Source: a virus (Duplodnaviria; Caudoviricetes). Taken from it: 32,691 nt of DNA. The position numbers and the translations under genes were made by a program. The notes under the pieces are model-generated. The model worked only from the letters and a program-made list of their open reading frames with translations, ran no database searches and was not told the DNA's origin. The stretch is from positions 1-32,691 of the IMG/VR virus record IMGVR_UViG_3300048670_000442; one strand, written 5' to 3'. Of this stretch, positions 18,253 to 26,321 are shown in pieces (position 1 is the stretch's first letter; every line of letters starts with the position of its first letter).

Positions 18253-19006
18253 CAGCAAATGGGTCAGCCTCTTGCCGGGTTTCCATAGCATCTTCTTTAG
18301 TAACTGCCATCTGCAATAACTCCTGATACTGCTCAGCGCTCAGGTCGTTTTGGCGTGCCTCTAGCCGTTTGGTAACAACTTCTAGCTCGTCTAACGTGCT
18401 GCATTTAGCAATCGCTGCTTTACCAGCAGCAAAAATCTTGGCATCACCAGCAGGTGCAGCAGGTGCTAAGGCTGGGGGAGGTGTTGCCGTTACCGTCACG
18501 GTCTCGGCCTGTTCCATCTCGTCTACGCTATATAAGCCGCTGAGATCCGCGGGGAAAGCCTTACGCAAGCAGGCGCACTCGCTGCACTTCCCAATCATTA
18601 CCGCTGGCATCTTTAGCCAAAGGTTTGCCTTGGCGTTAAAATCATCAAAACGCGCTACAGCCGTAAACGGATGGCTTGCACCTTTCCTGTAGACGATTGT
18701 TTTTGCAGCGGCTGGTGGTTCTTTTGCTAGCCAAACATCTTTCCATTCGCCATCTGGCCCGCAAAAAAATGTTTCACTGCCATCAAGCTGGCCGGTCCGT
18801 TCTGCAATAGCACGGAGGCCGTCGATGCCCACTTGAATGGTCATCTTGCCGCGCTTAATAGCATAAATCTGCTTCTGGAACGGATCTAGCCCGGTGCGTT
18901 GGCACGCATAAGCAAAAAGCTTAAGCTCGTCTGACGTGCAACCGGGGGCGATACTTGAGCTGATTAGCTGTTGCTGCTCCGGCGTCCATTGTGTAATAGC
19001 GCTCAT
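18245..19006 (-). CDS. bet: Single-strand annealing recombinase (Bet/RecT family)
   Basis: [22 protein letters not shown]...[16 protein letters not shown]...[23 protein letters not shown]; ATG at 19006. Confidence 0.9.
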   Translation of the reverse strand: MSAITQWTPEQQQLISSSIAPGCTSDELKLFAYACQRTGLDPFQKQIYAIKRGKMTIQVGIDGLRAIAERTGQLDGSETFFCGPDGEWKDVWLAKEPPAAAKTIVYRKGASHPFTAVARFDDFNAKANLWLKMPAVMIGKCSECACLRKAFPADLSGLYSVDEMEQAETVTVTATPPPALAPAAPAGDAKIFAAGKAAIAKCSTLDELEVVTKRLEARQNDLSAEQYQELLQMAVTKEDAMETRQEADPFADD

Positions 19007-19800
19007 TAGAAATCCTCTGATGTAATGGTTGTTTGGTCTTTTAATGCCCAGCCGGGAAGCTGTAGCGTCTGGATGCCGTCGGTGTAGCCCGGCCATTCGC
19101 CTATAGCCCGGCAATCCTGTATACGTTGCAGCGCATTGTGGCGGGCAATGCTGCCATGAACTAATGCCTCTGGGTCTAGTTCATACACACCAACTGCAAA
19201 TGGGTAGGTTTTCTCCAACGCAACAAAAATGAAGCGCGTTGCCAGGGTTCCTGCAAGGTAATGAGCCGCCTGAATCTGGTAACCGAAATTTGCCACTGCC
19301 TTAGCAAAAAATGCCGGGCTGGCATCTTGACAGGTCTTCAGGTCAACAATTAGCTCACCATCAAACCAGTCGGGGCGGCATTTACATCTGAGTCCTGTGC
19401 TCACATCATCCCACCAGTGCGAGGTTTCTGCGGCGCCATTAGCCAGCAATAAACCTGCTGTTGGGTGGCTATGCACAGCCGCTGCCATTGATAATGCCTG
19501 CTCAAAATCACTAGCGCTAACTGGCTCGATGCCATCAGCAAGCATCTTCTCAGCCGTTGCCTTACCCTCCTTGGTACGCCTGTCAGGGCCTACGGCATAC
19601 CGTTGCAGCAATTCCTTAGGCTCCAACACCGCGCAATGCACAAAGCTGCCAAATGCCATGGCTGCCGTACGTGTTGATGGTGATCTATCAGGGTCAACGT
19701 ACCGTTTCCAATAATGAAAAGGGCTGCGGCCAATCTCCTTTAGCTGGCTGGCACTAATAGCCGGGTCAGCGTGATAGTCGGCGTTTGAAATAACAGTCAT
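19006..19800 (-). CDS. RecE/exonuclease VIII-like PD-(D/E)XK exonuclease
   Basis: [13 protein letters not shown]...[12 protein letters not shown]...CKCRPDW...VDLKT...YQIQAAHY; adjacent to bet. Confidence 0.88.
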   Translation of the reverse strand: MTVISNADYHADPAISASQLKEIGRSPFHYWKRYVDPDRSPSTRTAAMAFGSFVHCAVLEPKELLQRYAVGPDRRTKEGKATAEKMLADGIEPVSASDFEQALSMAAAVHSHPTAGLLLANGAAETSHWWDDVSTGLRCKCRPDWFDGELIVDLKTCQDASPAFFAKAVANFGYQIQAAHYLAGTLATRFIFVALEKTYPFAVGVYELDPEALVHGSIARHNALQRIQDCRAIGEWPGYTDGIQTLQLPGWALKDQTTITSEDF

Positions 19801-19991
19801 TTAGGATTCCGCAATAGTTGATGTAAACCTTTAGATGGGCCGTAATGCTCAATCAGTTCATGGAACTCATTAAGTATTCGGCGTTTGTTTTGTGTGTCAG
19901 CAGCCAAACCAGCATCAGCTAGCCTTTGCCAAAATGATCCGCCATATTTACTAGCAGATACAAAAGTCCAATAAATGTCGGAATCAGTCAT
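19797..19991 (-). CDS. Hypothetical protein
   Basis: 64 aa, ATGA-coupled to both neighbours; YGGSFWQRLADA...AD. Confidence 0.65.
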   Translation of the reverse strand: MTDSDIYWTFVSASKYGGSFWQRLADAGLAADTQNKRRILNEFHELIEHYGPSKGLHQLLRNPK

Positions 19992-20104
19992 GAAGGATAA
20001 GCAACAGGAACAGGATTTGCATACGGGTAAGGCTGCCTGCCAACCTCAGCTACCACCAAATAGGCAGTAGCTGCAACAATCGCAACGCATAAAAATCTCA
20101 ACAT
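19988..20104 (-). CDS. 38-aa membrane peptide (not in the ORF track)
   Basis: MLRFLCVAIVAATAYLVVAEVGRQPYPYANPVPVAYPS*. It fills the gap exactly: its ATG overlaps the upstream gene end and its TGA overlaps the next ATG. Confidence 0.65.
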   Translation of the reverse strand: MLRFLCVAIVAATAYLVVAEVGRQPYPYANPVPVAYPS

Positions 20105-20286
20105 GGCACTAACATCCGGCGAACAGTAGACCTGCTGCAACCAAGCCTGTTAGCAATTGATTGCTGCGTGTGGCCATTTTTACGCCACCGCTGCGCACGT
20201 TGCTGTTTAGATTCTGTAGCCCATAGCAGCACTAACACTGGCAAAAGGACCAGAGCTAGCAATAAGGCAATAGTTGTTGTAGTCAC
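20098..20286 (-). CDS. Membrane-anchored helix-turn-helix protein
   Basis: GTG at 20286; TM segment IALLLALVLLPVLVLLWA followed by HTH TQQSIANRLGCSRSTVRRML. The frame is open upstream to 20370. Confidence 0.7.
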   Translation of the reverse strand: MTTTTIALLLALVLLPVLVLLWATESKQQRAQRWRKNGHTQQSIANRLGCSRSTVRRMLVPC

Positions 20287-20308
20287 GGTTAGGGTCGTAA
20301 TGTGTGGC

Positions 20309-20338
20309 GCCGGATTGGGTGCGGCTCCGGCAGGCCGC
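20309..20338 (-). other. Predicted H-type RNA pseudoknot in the intergenic region
   Basis: Minus strand GCGGC-CU-GCCGGA-GCCGC-ACCCAA-UCCGGC gives S1 5 bp, L1 2 nt, S2 6 bp, L2 0 nt, L3 6 nt. Confidence 0.65.
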
Positions 20339-20344
20339 GTGGGG

Positions 20345-20521
20345 TTAGGCGGCGGCTTTGTAGGCTTCAATCAGCCGAGCCACGTCAACCCGGTGCGTGG
20401 TCTGGCTGCAATTGTCGCCCTTGGATACAAGGAACTTTGTTGAAGACCAAGCTGTGACGCGGAGGCCAAAAGGCTTGAGGGCTGCGTCTGCTGCTTCAAC
20501 GGTGAGGGTGAAGGTTGCCAT
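20345..20521 (-). CDS. First early gene, hypothetical 58-aa protein
   Basis: ATG at 20521 downstream of a strong promoter; MATFTLTVEAADAALKPFGL...KAAA. Confidence 0.65.
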   Translation of the reverse strand: MATFTLTVEAADAALKPFGLRVTAWSSTKFLVSKGDNCSQTTHRVDVARLIEAYKAAA

Positions 20522-20541
20522 GGTTGCTCTCAGGTTGGGGT

Positions 20542-20601
20542 GGAAGCTCTCGCCTCCTGTCCCCATATCCTACACCCTAGTTCGCTGTTGTCAACCCTAG
20601 T
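20542..20601 (-). promoter_or_regulatory. Early sigma70 promoter with direct repeats and a 5' GNRA hairpin
   Basis: TTGACA (20594-20589), 16 bp spacer, TAGGAT (20572-20567); ACCCTAGT repeated at 20574 and 20594; hairpin GGAGGC-GAGA-GCUUCC at 20557-20542. Confidence 0.75.
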
Positions 20602-20621
20602 CGGTTGTAATTCGCAACAAA

Positions 20622-20870
20622 TCAAGGCTTATCCCATTCCACGGCAACATCAAACCCCGCGAGCCTCAATTGCTCATGCCGATAAGCTTGGATTTTCGAT
20701 AAGCGGCCAGATGCTGATTTGACCTCCACAAATCGAATCTGGTCTGGTTTCATCAGTACCAGGTCCGGTATGCCCGGCTTGTTTGTCTGGATTAGCTTGA
20801 GCACATACCACCCCTCGCTCTCGTAACGCCTGATTAGTTTCGACTGATAGCTGGCCTCGGTCCGTGTCAA
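20622..20870 (-). CDS. VRR-NUC domain nuclease
   Basis: EASYQSKL...GWYVLKL...PGIPDL...FVEVKSASGRLSKIQAYRHEQL...GFDV. Confidence 0.85.
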   Translation of the reverse strand: MTRTEASYQSKLIRRYESEGWYVLKLIQTNKPGIPDLVLMKPDQIRFVEVKSASGRLSKIQAYRHEQLRLAGFDVAVEWDKP

Positions 20871-22077
20871 AATGCTTCAGCGTGTAGGTTTGTTTTTCTT
20901 TCACAGAACGATACACACGCGATTCAACCGATCGTTCAGCAAAAATAAAATGCACACGGTTGGCGCGGTCGCGGCCAAAATAGCTGGCGCGGTCGCGGCC
21001 TTGGATATATGACAGCGCGCTGTAGTCAATACCAATAAAAATTAAATCATCCGCGCTTGATAAGTTGACGCCCTCGCGGCTGGCCTGCACCTGGCCGATA
21101 TAAACGGCGTTTGGGTCAGCATTAAAGATTTCTGGTGAGTCAGTGTGGCGACCTGCAAATGCAGCGCGGAGCATGTCACCCTCAGCATTGAAGCAATAAA
21201 GAACTGCAATTTTGCGCCCTGCGAAATGGTCGCAAATGTAAAGCGCCTTGCTGCAATCAAAAATCACAGCGCCATGGTTTTCTGTGATAACAGTGCCGGA
21301 ATAAATCTGGCGCAGCTTGCTCATGGTCTTAGCGCCGGTATCTGCTAACACTGAGCGACAATCAGGGCGACCAATCACACCATCTTTTATTATCCGCAAC
21401 GCCAACCGGTAGGTGCGTCGGCTCATCTGCACCATATGCACCTGCTCCTCAATGGCTGTGGTAAATCCTGCCTGCTGCTGGGTGACAGTAACCGTTAGCG
21501 GCTCAATATCGGCCAGGATGCGGGCTTCATTGGCGTTGCTGTAATCGTTCACCTGCTGGCCAGTGCCAACGTATTTGGTGCCGATAGCAACGTAACCAGC
21601 TTTTGCCCATGAGTAAAAGTTGTTATAACTCCATGGTTTAGGGCCGAGTGCAAACTGGTGGTATAGCTGGCTATAAGACTCAGGCGACGGGGTGCCAGAC
21701 ATAAGTATTAAATACTTATACCGAATAGCAGTTAGGTCATGCCACCGCTTTGATGGCTTTGGATATGCTCCAATGCCATGCGCTTCGTCAACTATTAACA
21801 CCTCATAGAAGCAGTTAGCCCGTTTTGCCACCTGTTCATAGTTGGTAACCGTGACTGCCTCAGATAGGCCGATTGCATCACGATCTGCCTCAATTGAGGC
21901 AATGGCTCTCTTTTTGGTGACGAAAAGGCAGGATTGAACGCCAAGCCGCTTTAACGCATCAAATACGGTTAGCGTCTTACCAACACGCACCTCACCACGT
22001 AGGTAGGCAATGCCGTGCTGCTGCAAAATTGCAACCAGGCTGATAGCAGCCTCGGTCTGGTACGGGCGGAGGTTCAT
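20674..22077 (-). CDS. Superfamily 2 (SNF2-like) helicase
   Basis: LRPYQ, GEVRVGKT (Walker A), DEAH, SGT, SREGVNL and QGRDR; ATG at 22077. Confidence 0.88.
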   Translation of the reverse strand: MNLRPYQTEAAISLVAILQQHGIAYLRGEVRVGKTLTVFDALKRLGVQSCLFVTKKRAIASIEADRDAIGLSEAVTVTNYEQVAKRANCFYEVLIVDEAHGIGAYPKPSKRWHDLTAIRYKYLILMSGTPSPESYSQLYHQFALGPKPWSYNNFYSWAKAGYVAIGTKYVGTGQQVNDYSNANEARILADIEPLTVTVTQQQAGFTTAIEEQVHMVQMSRRTYRLALRIIKDGVIGRPDCRSVLADTGAKTMSKLRQIYSGTVITENHGAVIFDCSKALYICDHFAGRKIAVLYCFNAEGDMLRAAFAGRHTDSPEIFNADPNAVYIGQVQASREGVNLSSADDLIFIGIDYSALSYIQGRDRASYFGRDRANRVHFIFAERSVESRVYRSVKEKQTYTLKHFDTDRGQLSVETNQALRERGVVCAQANPDKQAGHTGPGTDETRPDSICGGQISIWPLIENPSLSA

Positions 22078-23111
22078 TGATATTGCACTCCTTTGCCAGC
22101 GTTGCAATCACGGCACAGCACTTGCAAGTTATCTGGATTATTGCTGCCTCCTTTAGAAACCGGATGGATGTGGTCTATCTCAAGTTTGGCACCTTCCTTT
22201 GCGGTATCCCCGCACATTTGACACCTGTAGTCGTCGCGCTTCAAAATTTCAAAACGCAAACTTGGCTTCATTGGCTTGCGTTTTGTTTTAGACTCAAGCC
22301 AATTACGAAGCAAACTCAAGCCATTTGCTTCTTTGTCAACTCCGCTGCTGCAATAGTTTGCCATTGGATGCAAAATTGCTTGCAGCGCTTCAATCATGTC
22401 GCCAAGTTCTTCTGCCGTAATTCTGCTTTGATAATGAAAAATCCAATCAAGAATTTGCGCAGATCTATTGCACTGTTCAAAATCAATGCGGCGCCAATCT
22501 TCACGCTTTAGCACAAGCTCATCACCCTCGATAAACCAAGTGTTAAAGTCTGTAGTGCCTGGGGTAATGCTTAATTCAAATGAATTTACAGATTCAGGTT
22601 TAAAGGGCTTAGATGCGCTATAATATTGTGCCTTTATAATTGCAAGATTTTCACAATCGTCTTCAAAATTTTCTGATTGGATAGGATCTGGAAAACACAA
22701 ATCATCTTCGCCTGTATTAGTAAAAAACCTTCCTTCGGAAGTAGTAGTTGGATCAAATATTAAATAATCACAAGCAAAATAAATAGCACCTTCATGCGTT
22801 ACTTCGTAGTAACAATCTTGTCTGCCAATGGCAAAGTATGAAAAAGGTCCTGGAGGACCTATCAATAGCAAAAGCTGTTGATCGGCTTGACATGCAAAAT
22901 TATTTGCAGCGGCAAGCTTATCAGCATTTGGCGATGAGTTAAAAACTAAAGCAGTCATGCCTAAAGTTGGCAGTTCAAACGTAAACTCCGGGTTGTTATG
23001 GAAATACGTCCATTTGATCCCAAGCTCATCAAAAGCAACAGCCCATTTTGCTTGAAGCTCATTATCAAACTTAATGCCGTTGTAAATAGGAATAGGCAAT
23101 GTCAAAGGCAT
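22074..23111 (-). CDS. HNH endonuclease with a large N-terminal extension
   Basis: C-terminal LRFEILKRDDYRCQMCG...LEIDHIHPVSKGGSNNPDNLQVLCRDCNAGK. The N-terminus YNGIKFDNELQAKWAVAFDELGIKWTY resembles the 'FRSRLEARWA' PD-(D/E)XK family. Confidence 0.85.
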   Translation of the reverse strand: MPLTLPIPIYNGIKFDNELQAKWAVAFDELGIKWTYFHNNPEFTFELPTLGMTALVFNSSPNADKLAAANNFACQADQQLLLLIGPPGPFSYFAIGRQDCYYEVTHEGAIYFACDYLIFDPTTTSEGRFFTNTGEDDLCFPDPIQSENFEDDCENLAIIKAQYYSASKPFKPESVNSFELSITPGTTDFNTWFIEGDELVLKREDWRRIDFEQCNRSAQILDWIFHYQSRITAEELGDMIEALQAILHPMANYCSSGVDKEANGLSLLRNWLESKTKRKPMKPSLRFEILKRDDYRCQMCGDTAKEGAKLEIDHIHPVSKGGSNNPDNLQVLCRDCNAGKGVQYQ

Positions 23112-23128
23112 TGGAAACAGGATAGGTC

Positions 23129-23170
23129 TTGCGCATCGTAACCCAATGGGTTACTGTTGGCAAGTGTTAC
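23129..23170. promoter_or_regulatory. Overlapping divergent promoters with a central palindromic operator
   Basis: Plus strand TTGCGC-N17-TACTGT (23129-23157); minus strand TTGCCA-N17-TACGAT (23163-23135); perfect inverted repeat GTAACCCA-A-TGGGTTAC (23138-23154). Confidence 0.75.
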
Positions 23171-23179
23171 GCGATCCCA

Positions 23180-23335
23180 ATGCCCCTTTGCCCACCTTTT
23201 AGCCTGCGACTGACGCTTGAACAAATTAAATGGCTTGACCAACGATCGGGCGACAAAATGTCCCGTTCAACTGCTCTACGGTTGTTAGTACACGAGGCAA
23301 TGCGCCAAGAGCGCGACGCTACTGAAACAAAGTGA
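23180..23335 (+). CDS. Ribbon-helix-helix (CopG/Arc-like) regulator
   Basis: FSLRLTLEQIKWLDQRSGDKMSRSTALRLLVHEAM shows a beta strand, a helix and an SRS helix. Confidence 0.75.
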   Translation: MPLCPPFSLRLTLEQIKWLDQRSGDKMSRSTALRLLVHEAMRQERDATETK

Positions 23336-25698
23336 AACAAATAGATTTCGATGAGGCGCGGCGCTTTTTGCACGCGTTAGGGAAACCTGCTGGCACCATC
23401 AGACTTCGCGCCTTCTACCATGCCTTAAATCCTAAAAAAGCTAATGATGCTGGCCGTAAAGGTGCCCCATCACGTAGCGTTATGCAACAATGGCAAAATG
23501 AAGGTCGTGGCGTATACGTAGTAATTAATGATGGCGGTGATAAAGATGTTGAAATTACGACATGCCGTGCTTTTTTCTGTGAATGGGATGACCGCCCAAC
23601 AGAATGGCAACTAACAGCATGGAAAGAATTAAATCTACCTGAACCTACTGTTCAAGTATCAACTGGCGGTAAATCAATACATTCATATTGGGTTTTAACT
23701 GATCCTATTACTCCCAAATATTGGGAATTAATTCAATCACGTTTATTAGACTACGCTGATGCTGACCGCAGTATTAAAAATGCAGCGCGTGTTATGCGCT
23801 TACCCGGCACTTATCACGCTGGTGGTGATGGCAAACTAGGCGACATGTGCTCAATCGTTACATTTACTAATAACCATTACACCGTAAATAAAATCGAGGA
23901 TTGCCTGCCATCAGAGCAATACTATCAACATGAACAACCAGCACGCATATACAAAGAACAAGCTGCACGCTCAATTGATGAAATATATGATGCCTTAAAG
24001 CATATACCACCCCGCATTCCAGGTACTGGCACCTATCATATTTACCGTAATATCCTTTGGGCTTTAGCTGCTGAATTAGGTGACCCTGATCAAGCTGCTG
24101 CTTTAATGCAATCCCATAGCCCACAATGGTTAGATGTGTATGCGATCGCTAATTCAGGTGGCCAGCAAATAAACGCTAATACTTTTTGGTATTGGGCACG
24201 TCACTATGGTTGGAGGCCAGCAGCGCAAATAATACAACTGCGCCCACAATCAAAAGCAATTGATCCAGATTCTACTGTTAACCTACAACTTTACAATAAA
24301 GCGACAACAGAATGGCTTGATTTAGTTGTAGAGCATGTCTTTGAATATCCTGCTAAAAGATGGATTTGTGTTGATAACATCCTTCATTGCTGGGATGGCA
24401 CACATTACAAGCCACATATTGATGAAGAAATTGCACCTAAATTAGCTTGCTTTTTATCTGCATTACACGTTATAGACGCTAAAACCAGTGAAACCTTACA
24501 CCCATGGAAACGCGCTAAATATGTAGATGAAGCATTAATCTGGATGCGGCGCTTATTGCCACCAGTTGAAGTAAATCCTAAAAATGCTATAAATTGCCGT
24601 AATGGTATAGTAAAATGGTCTTGGATTAATAAAAAACTGCAATATACATTTACGCCGCATTCATCAGATATATTCTTTACTTACATCACTAATTATGATT
24701 ATGACCCTAATGCAAGCGTTGAGCATTTATTTAGGCTTCTTGAAGCCGTTGACCCTAATGATCTCGATACCCTACAGCGCATCCTTGGTAGTGGCTTAGA
24801 CCTATCCAAATACCGTGCCACTCGTGGCAGGCCACGGGCTGTTTTAATGATAGGTGAAGGCTCTAATGGTAAAGATACAATCCGCACCGCTTTACGTGAT
24901 ACCCTCGGCAGTCGTAATTTTACCTCATGTAGCCTTGCCGACTTCCGCACATATGATCAAGGCCGTAAATTTCCTATCGCTTCTTTACGTGGTGCTTCTG
25001 TAAACTGGAGTAGTGAAAATTCTCAATTTGTTCATATTGATAACCTGCAATCATTAAAAGCTGCTATAAGCGGCGAGGAGTTATCTTTTGAACTCAAAGG
25101 CATCCAAGAGTCGCAATTTGTGCCATCTGCTTTATTTGTTTTTAACTTAAATAAAGACCCAAGCCTATCAGGTGACCAGGTAGCAATTGAAACTAGATTC
25201 CATGTATTTAAATTTAAGAAAACATTTATGGCCACACCAACGCAGCCAAATCATATACAAGCTGACCCTAAATTAAAAGATGATCCTGATTTTATACAGC
25301 AAATGATATGCCCTGCTTTTCTTAATTGGTTGCTTGAAGGTTTAGCTTTAAGTGTTGCACATGGCATTGATTACAGTTCCGGCAAGCAGGCAATGGAAGA
25401 TGTCCGCCGTGCTGGCTGCCACCTATGGGAATTTTGCGATGCCATCGGGTTATCAGCTCAAGATGATGGCCGCGTGCCTGTCAGCACCGTCTATGACGCG
25501 CTTAGGGCCTGGTATCGAGACGAAGGGTACCTAGATAACCATGGCCATTGGTTACTAGACCCTCCTGCCGACCGTACGGTGAAGGCGCCAAGGCTTTTGG
25601 TACCTGCTCTAAAGGCTCTATTCCCCAAACTTGCGTCCGAACGTTCCGTTGGTCGTAGCCGTGATCGTCTCATTATGGGTCTTGCCTTAGACACCTAA
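23332..25698 (+). CDS. DNA primase-helicase (RepB-like primase, PriCT-like domain, D5/P4-type SF3 helicase)
   Basis: GVYVVIN, FFCEWD, STGGKSIHSYW and RVMRLPG (RepB primase); AINCRNG (D5_N); GEGSNGKD (Walker A). Confidence 0.88.
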   Translation: MKQIDFDEARRFLHALGKPAGTIRLRAFYHALNPKKANDAGRKGAPSRSVMQQWQNEGRGVYVVINDGGDKDVEITTCRAFFCEWDDRPTEWQLTAWKELNLPEPTVQVSTGGKSIHSYWVLTDPITPKYWELIQSRLLDYADADRSIKNAARVMRLPGTYHAGGDGKLGDMCSIVTFTNNHYTVNKIEDCLPSEQYYQHEQPARIYKEQAARSIDEIYDALKHIPPRIPGTGTYHIYRNILWALAAELGDPDQAAALMQSHSPQWLDVYAIANSGGQQINANTFWYWARHYGWRPAAQIIQLRPQSKAIDPDSTVNLQLYNKATTEWLDLVVEHVFEYPAKRWICVDNILHCWDGTHYKPHIDEEIAPKLACFLSALHVIDAKTSETLHPWKRAKYVDEALIWMRRLLPPVEVNPKNAINCRNGIVKWSWINKKLQYTFTPHSSDIFFTYITNYDYDPNASVEHLFRLLEAVDPNDLDTLQRILGSGLDLSKYRATRGRPRAVLMIGEGSNGKDTIRTALRDTLGSRNFTSCSLADFRTYDQGRKFPIASLRGASVNWSSENSQFVHIDNLQSLKAAISGEELSFELKGIQESQFVPSALFVFNLNKDPSLSGDQVAIETRFHVFKFKKTFMATPTQPNHIQADPKLKDDPDFIQQMICPAFLNWLLEGLALSVAHGIDYSSGKQAMEDVRRAGCHLWEFCDAIGLSAQDDGRVPVSTVYDALRAWYRDEGYLDNHGHWLLDPPADRTVKAPRLLVPALKALFPKLASERSVGRSRDRLIMGLALDT

Positions 25699-25977
25699 AC
25701 CTTGATTGCGGACGCAACTTGCGTCCAGTGCGGACGCAAAATGGACGCAAATTGCGGACGCAAATTCCCTGTCTCTATCTATCTTTTTACCCTTTCGGAC
25801 GCAAAGGGGTATATATAAACGCATATAGAAAATCAAAATGGAATGTGTAGTGTTTATATAGGGGGGTAGGGAAAAATTGCGATTTTGCGTCCTTCGTTGC
25901 TATCACTAGCTTTTTTGCGTCCGCAACTAGCCAACTTGCGTCCGCATCCAGTCATACCAACGGGTTTAGCGTCCGCA
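25631..25977. repeat. Putative replication origin with convergent GGACGCAA iterons around an AT-rich core
   Basis: (TGC)GGACGCAA at 25707, 25729, 25743, 25752 and 25796; inverted TTGCGTCC(GCA) at 25631, 25719, 25885, 25915 and 25936, partial at 25969; TATATA-containing core at about 25810-25860. Confidence 0.8.
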
Positions 25978-26049
25978 GCCAGCAACAACCAAACCCTTGC
26001 CCAATTGACCACAGCGAACTACCATCACACCGTTATCAGCGCCTCCACA

Positions 26050-26277
26050 ATGCCCTCAGTCAAGCAAGCACCAGTAATTGAACGTCTGCATCACCTGATG
26101 GGGGAAGCAGCCGCTGTAGCCGCTGCTGTGCGTGATAATGCGCAAGATGATGGCGAGCCGTTGGATGCTGCTGAGCTGATTGATTTGATTGCTGCTTACC
26201 AAACCGTCCTAGATTTATTACATGACGCATTCCACGTAGAACCCGCCCAAAGCAATAGCGCGTGCAGTATCGGCTGA
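26050..26277 (+). CDS. Hypothetical helical protein
   Basis: ATG at 26050 (MPSVKQAPVIERL...); the upstream ORF extension runs through the iterons and is not included. Confidence 0.6.
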   Translation: MPSVKQAPVIERLHHLMGEAAAVAAAVRDNAQDDGEPLDAAELIDLIAAYQTVLDLLHDAFHVEPAQSNSACSIG

Positions 26278-26321
26278 CCGGTTACAATAAATTCAAATAG
26301 CTCAACTCTTCAAGTTAAAAA

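Noticed and set aside
19007-19114. Longer ORF-track start for bet (likewise for the HTH at 18291 and the helicase at 22107)
   Set aside because: These overlap upstream genes; internal ATGs abut or overlap the upstream stop codons and are more plausible.
20290-20347. Stop-codon readthrough or -1 frameshift at the pseudoknot
   Set aside because: Frame 0 is out of phase with the downstream gene, the -1 frame stops after about 19 codons and there is no XXXYYYZ heptamer; only the +1 frame joins the next gene.
23138-23154. NtcA box
   Set aside because: The spacing is GTA-N11-TAC, not the GTA-N8-TAC required.
24142-24149. HIP1 octamer GCGATCGC
   Set aside because: Only one copy was noticed by eye, so there is no evidence of enrichment.
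25631-25977. Possible CRISPR-like array
   Set aside because: The repeats are only 8-12 bp, occur in both orientations and are irregularly spaced, which fits iterons.
25885-26049. N-terminal extension of the 130-aa ORF
   Set aside because: It is a translation of the iterons (LRP repeats); ATG 26050 is the more plausible start.
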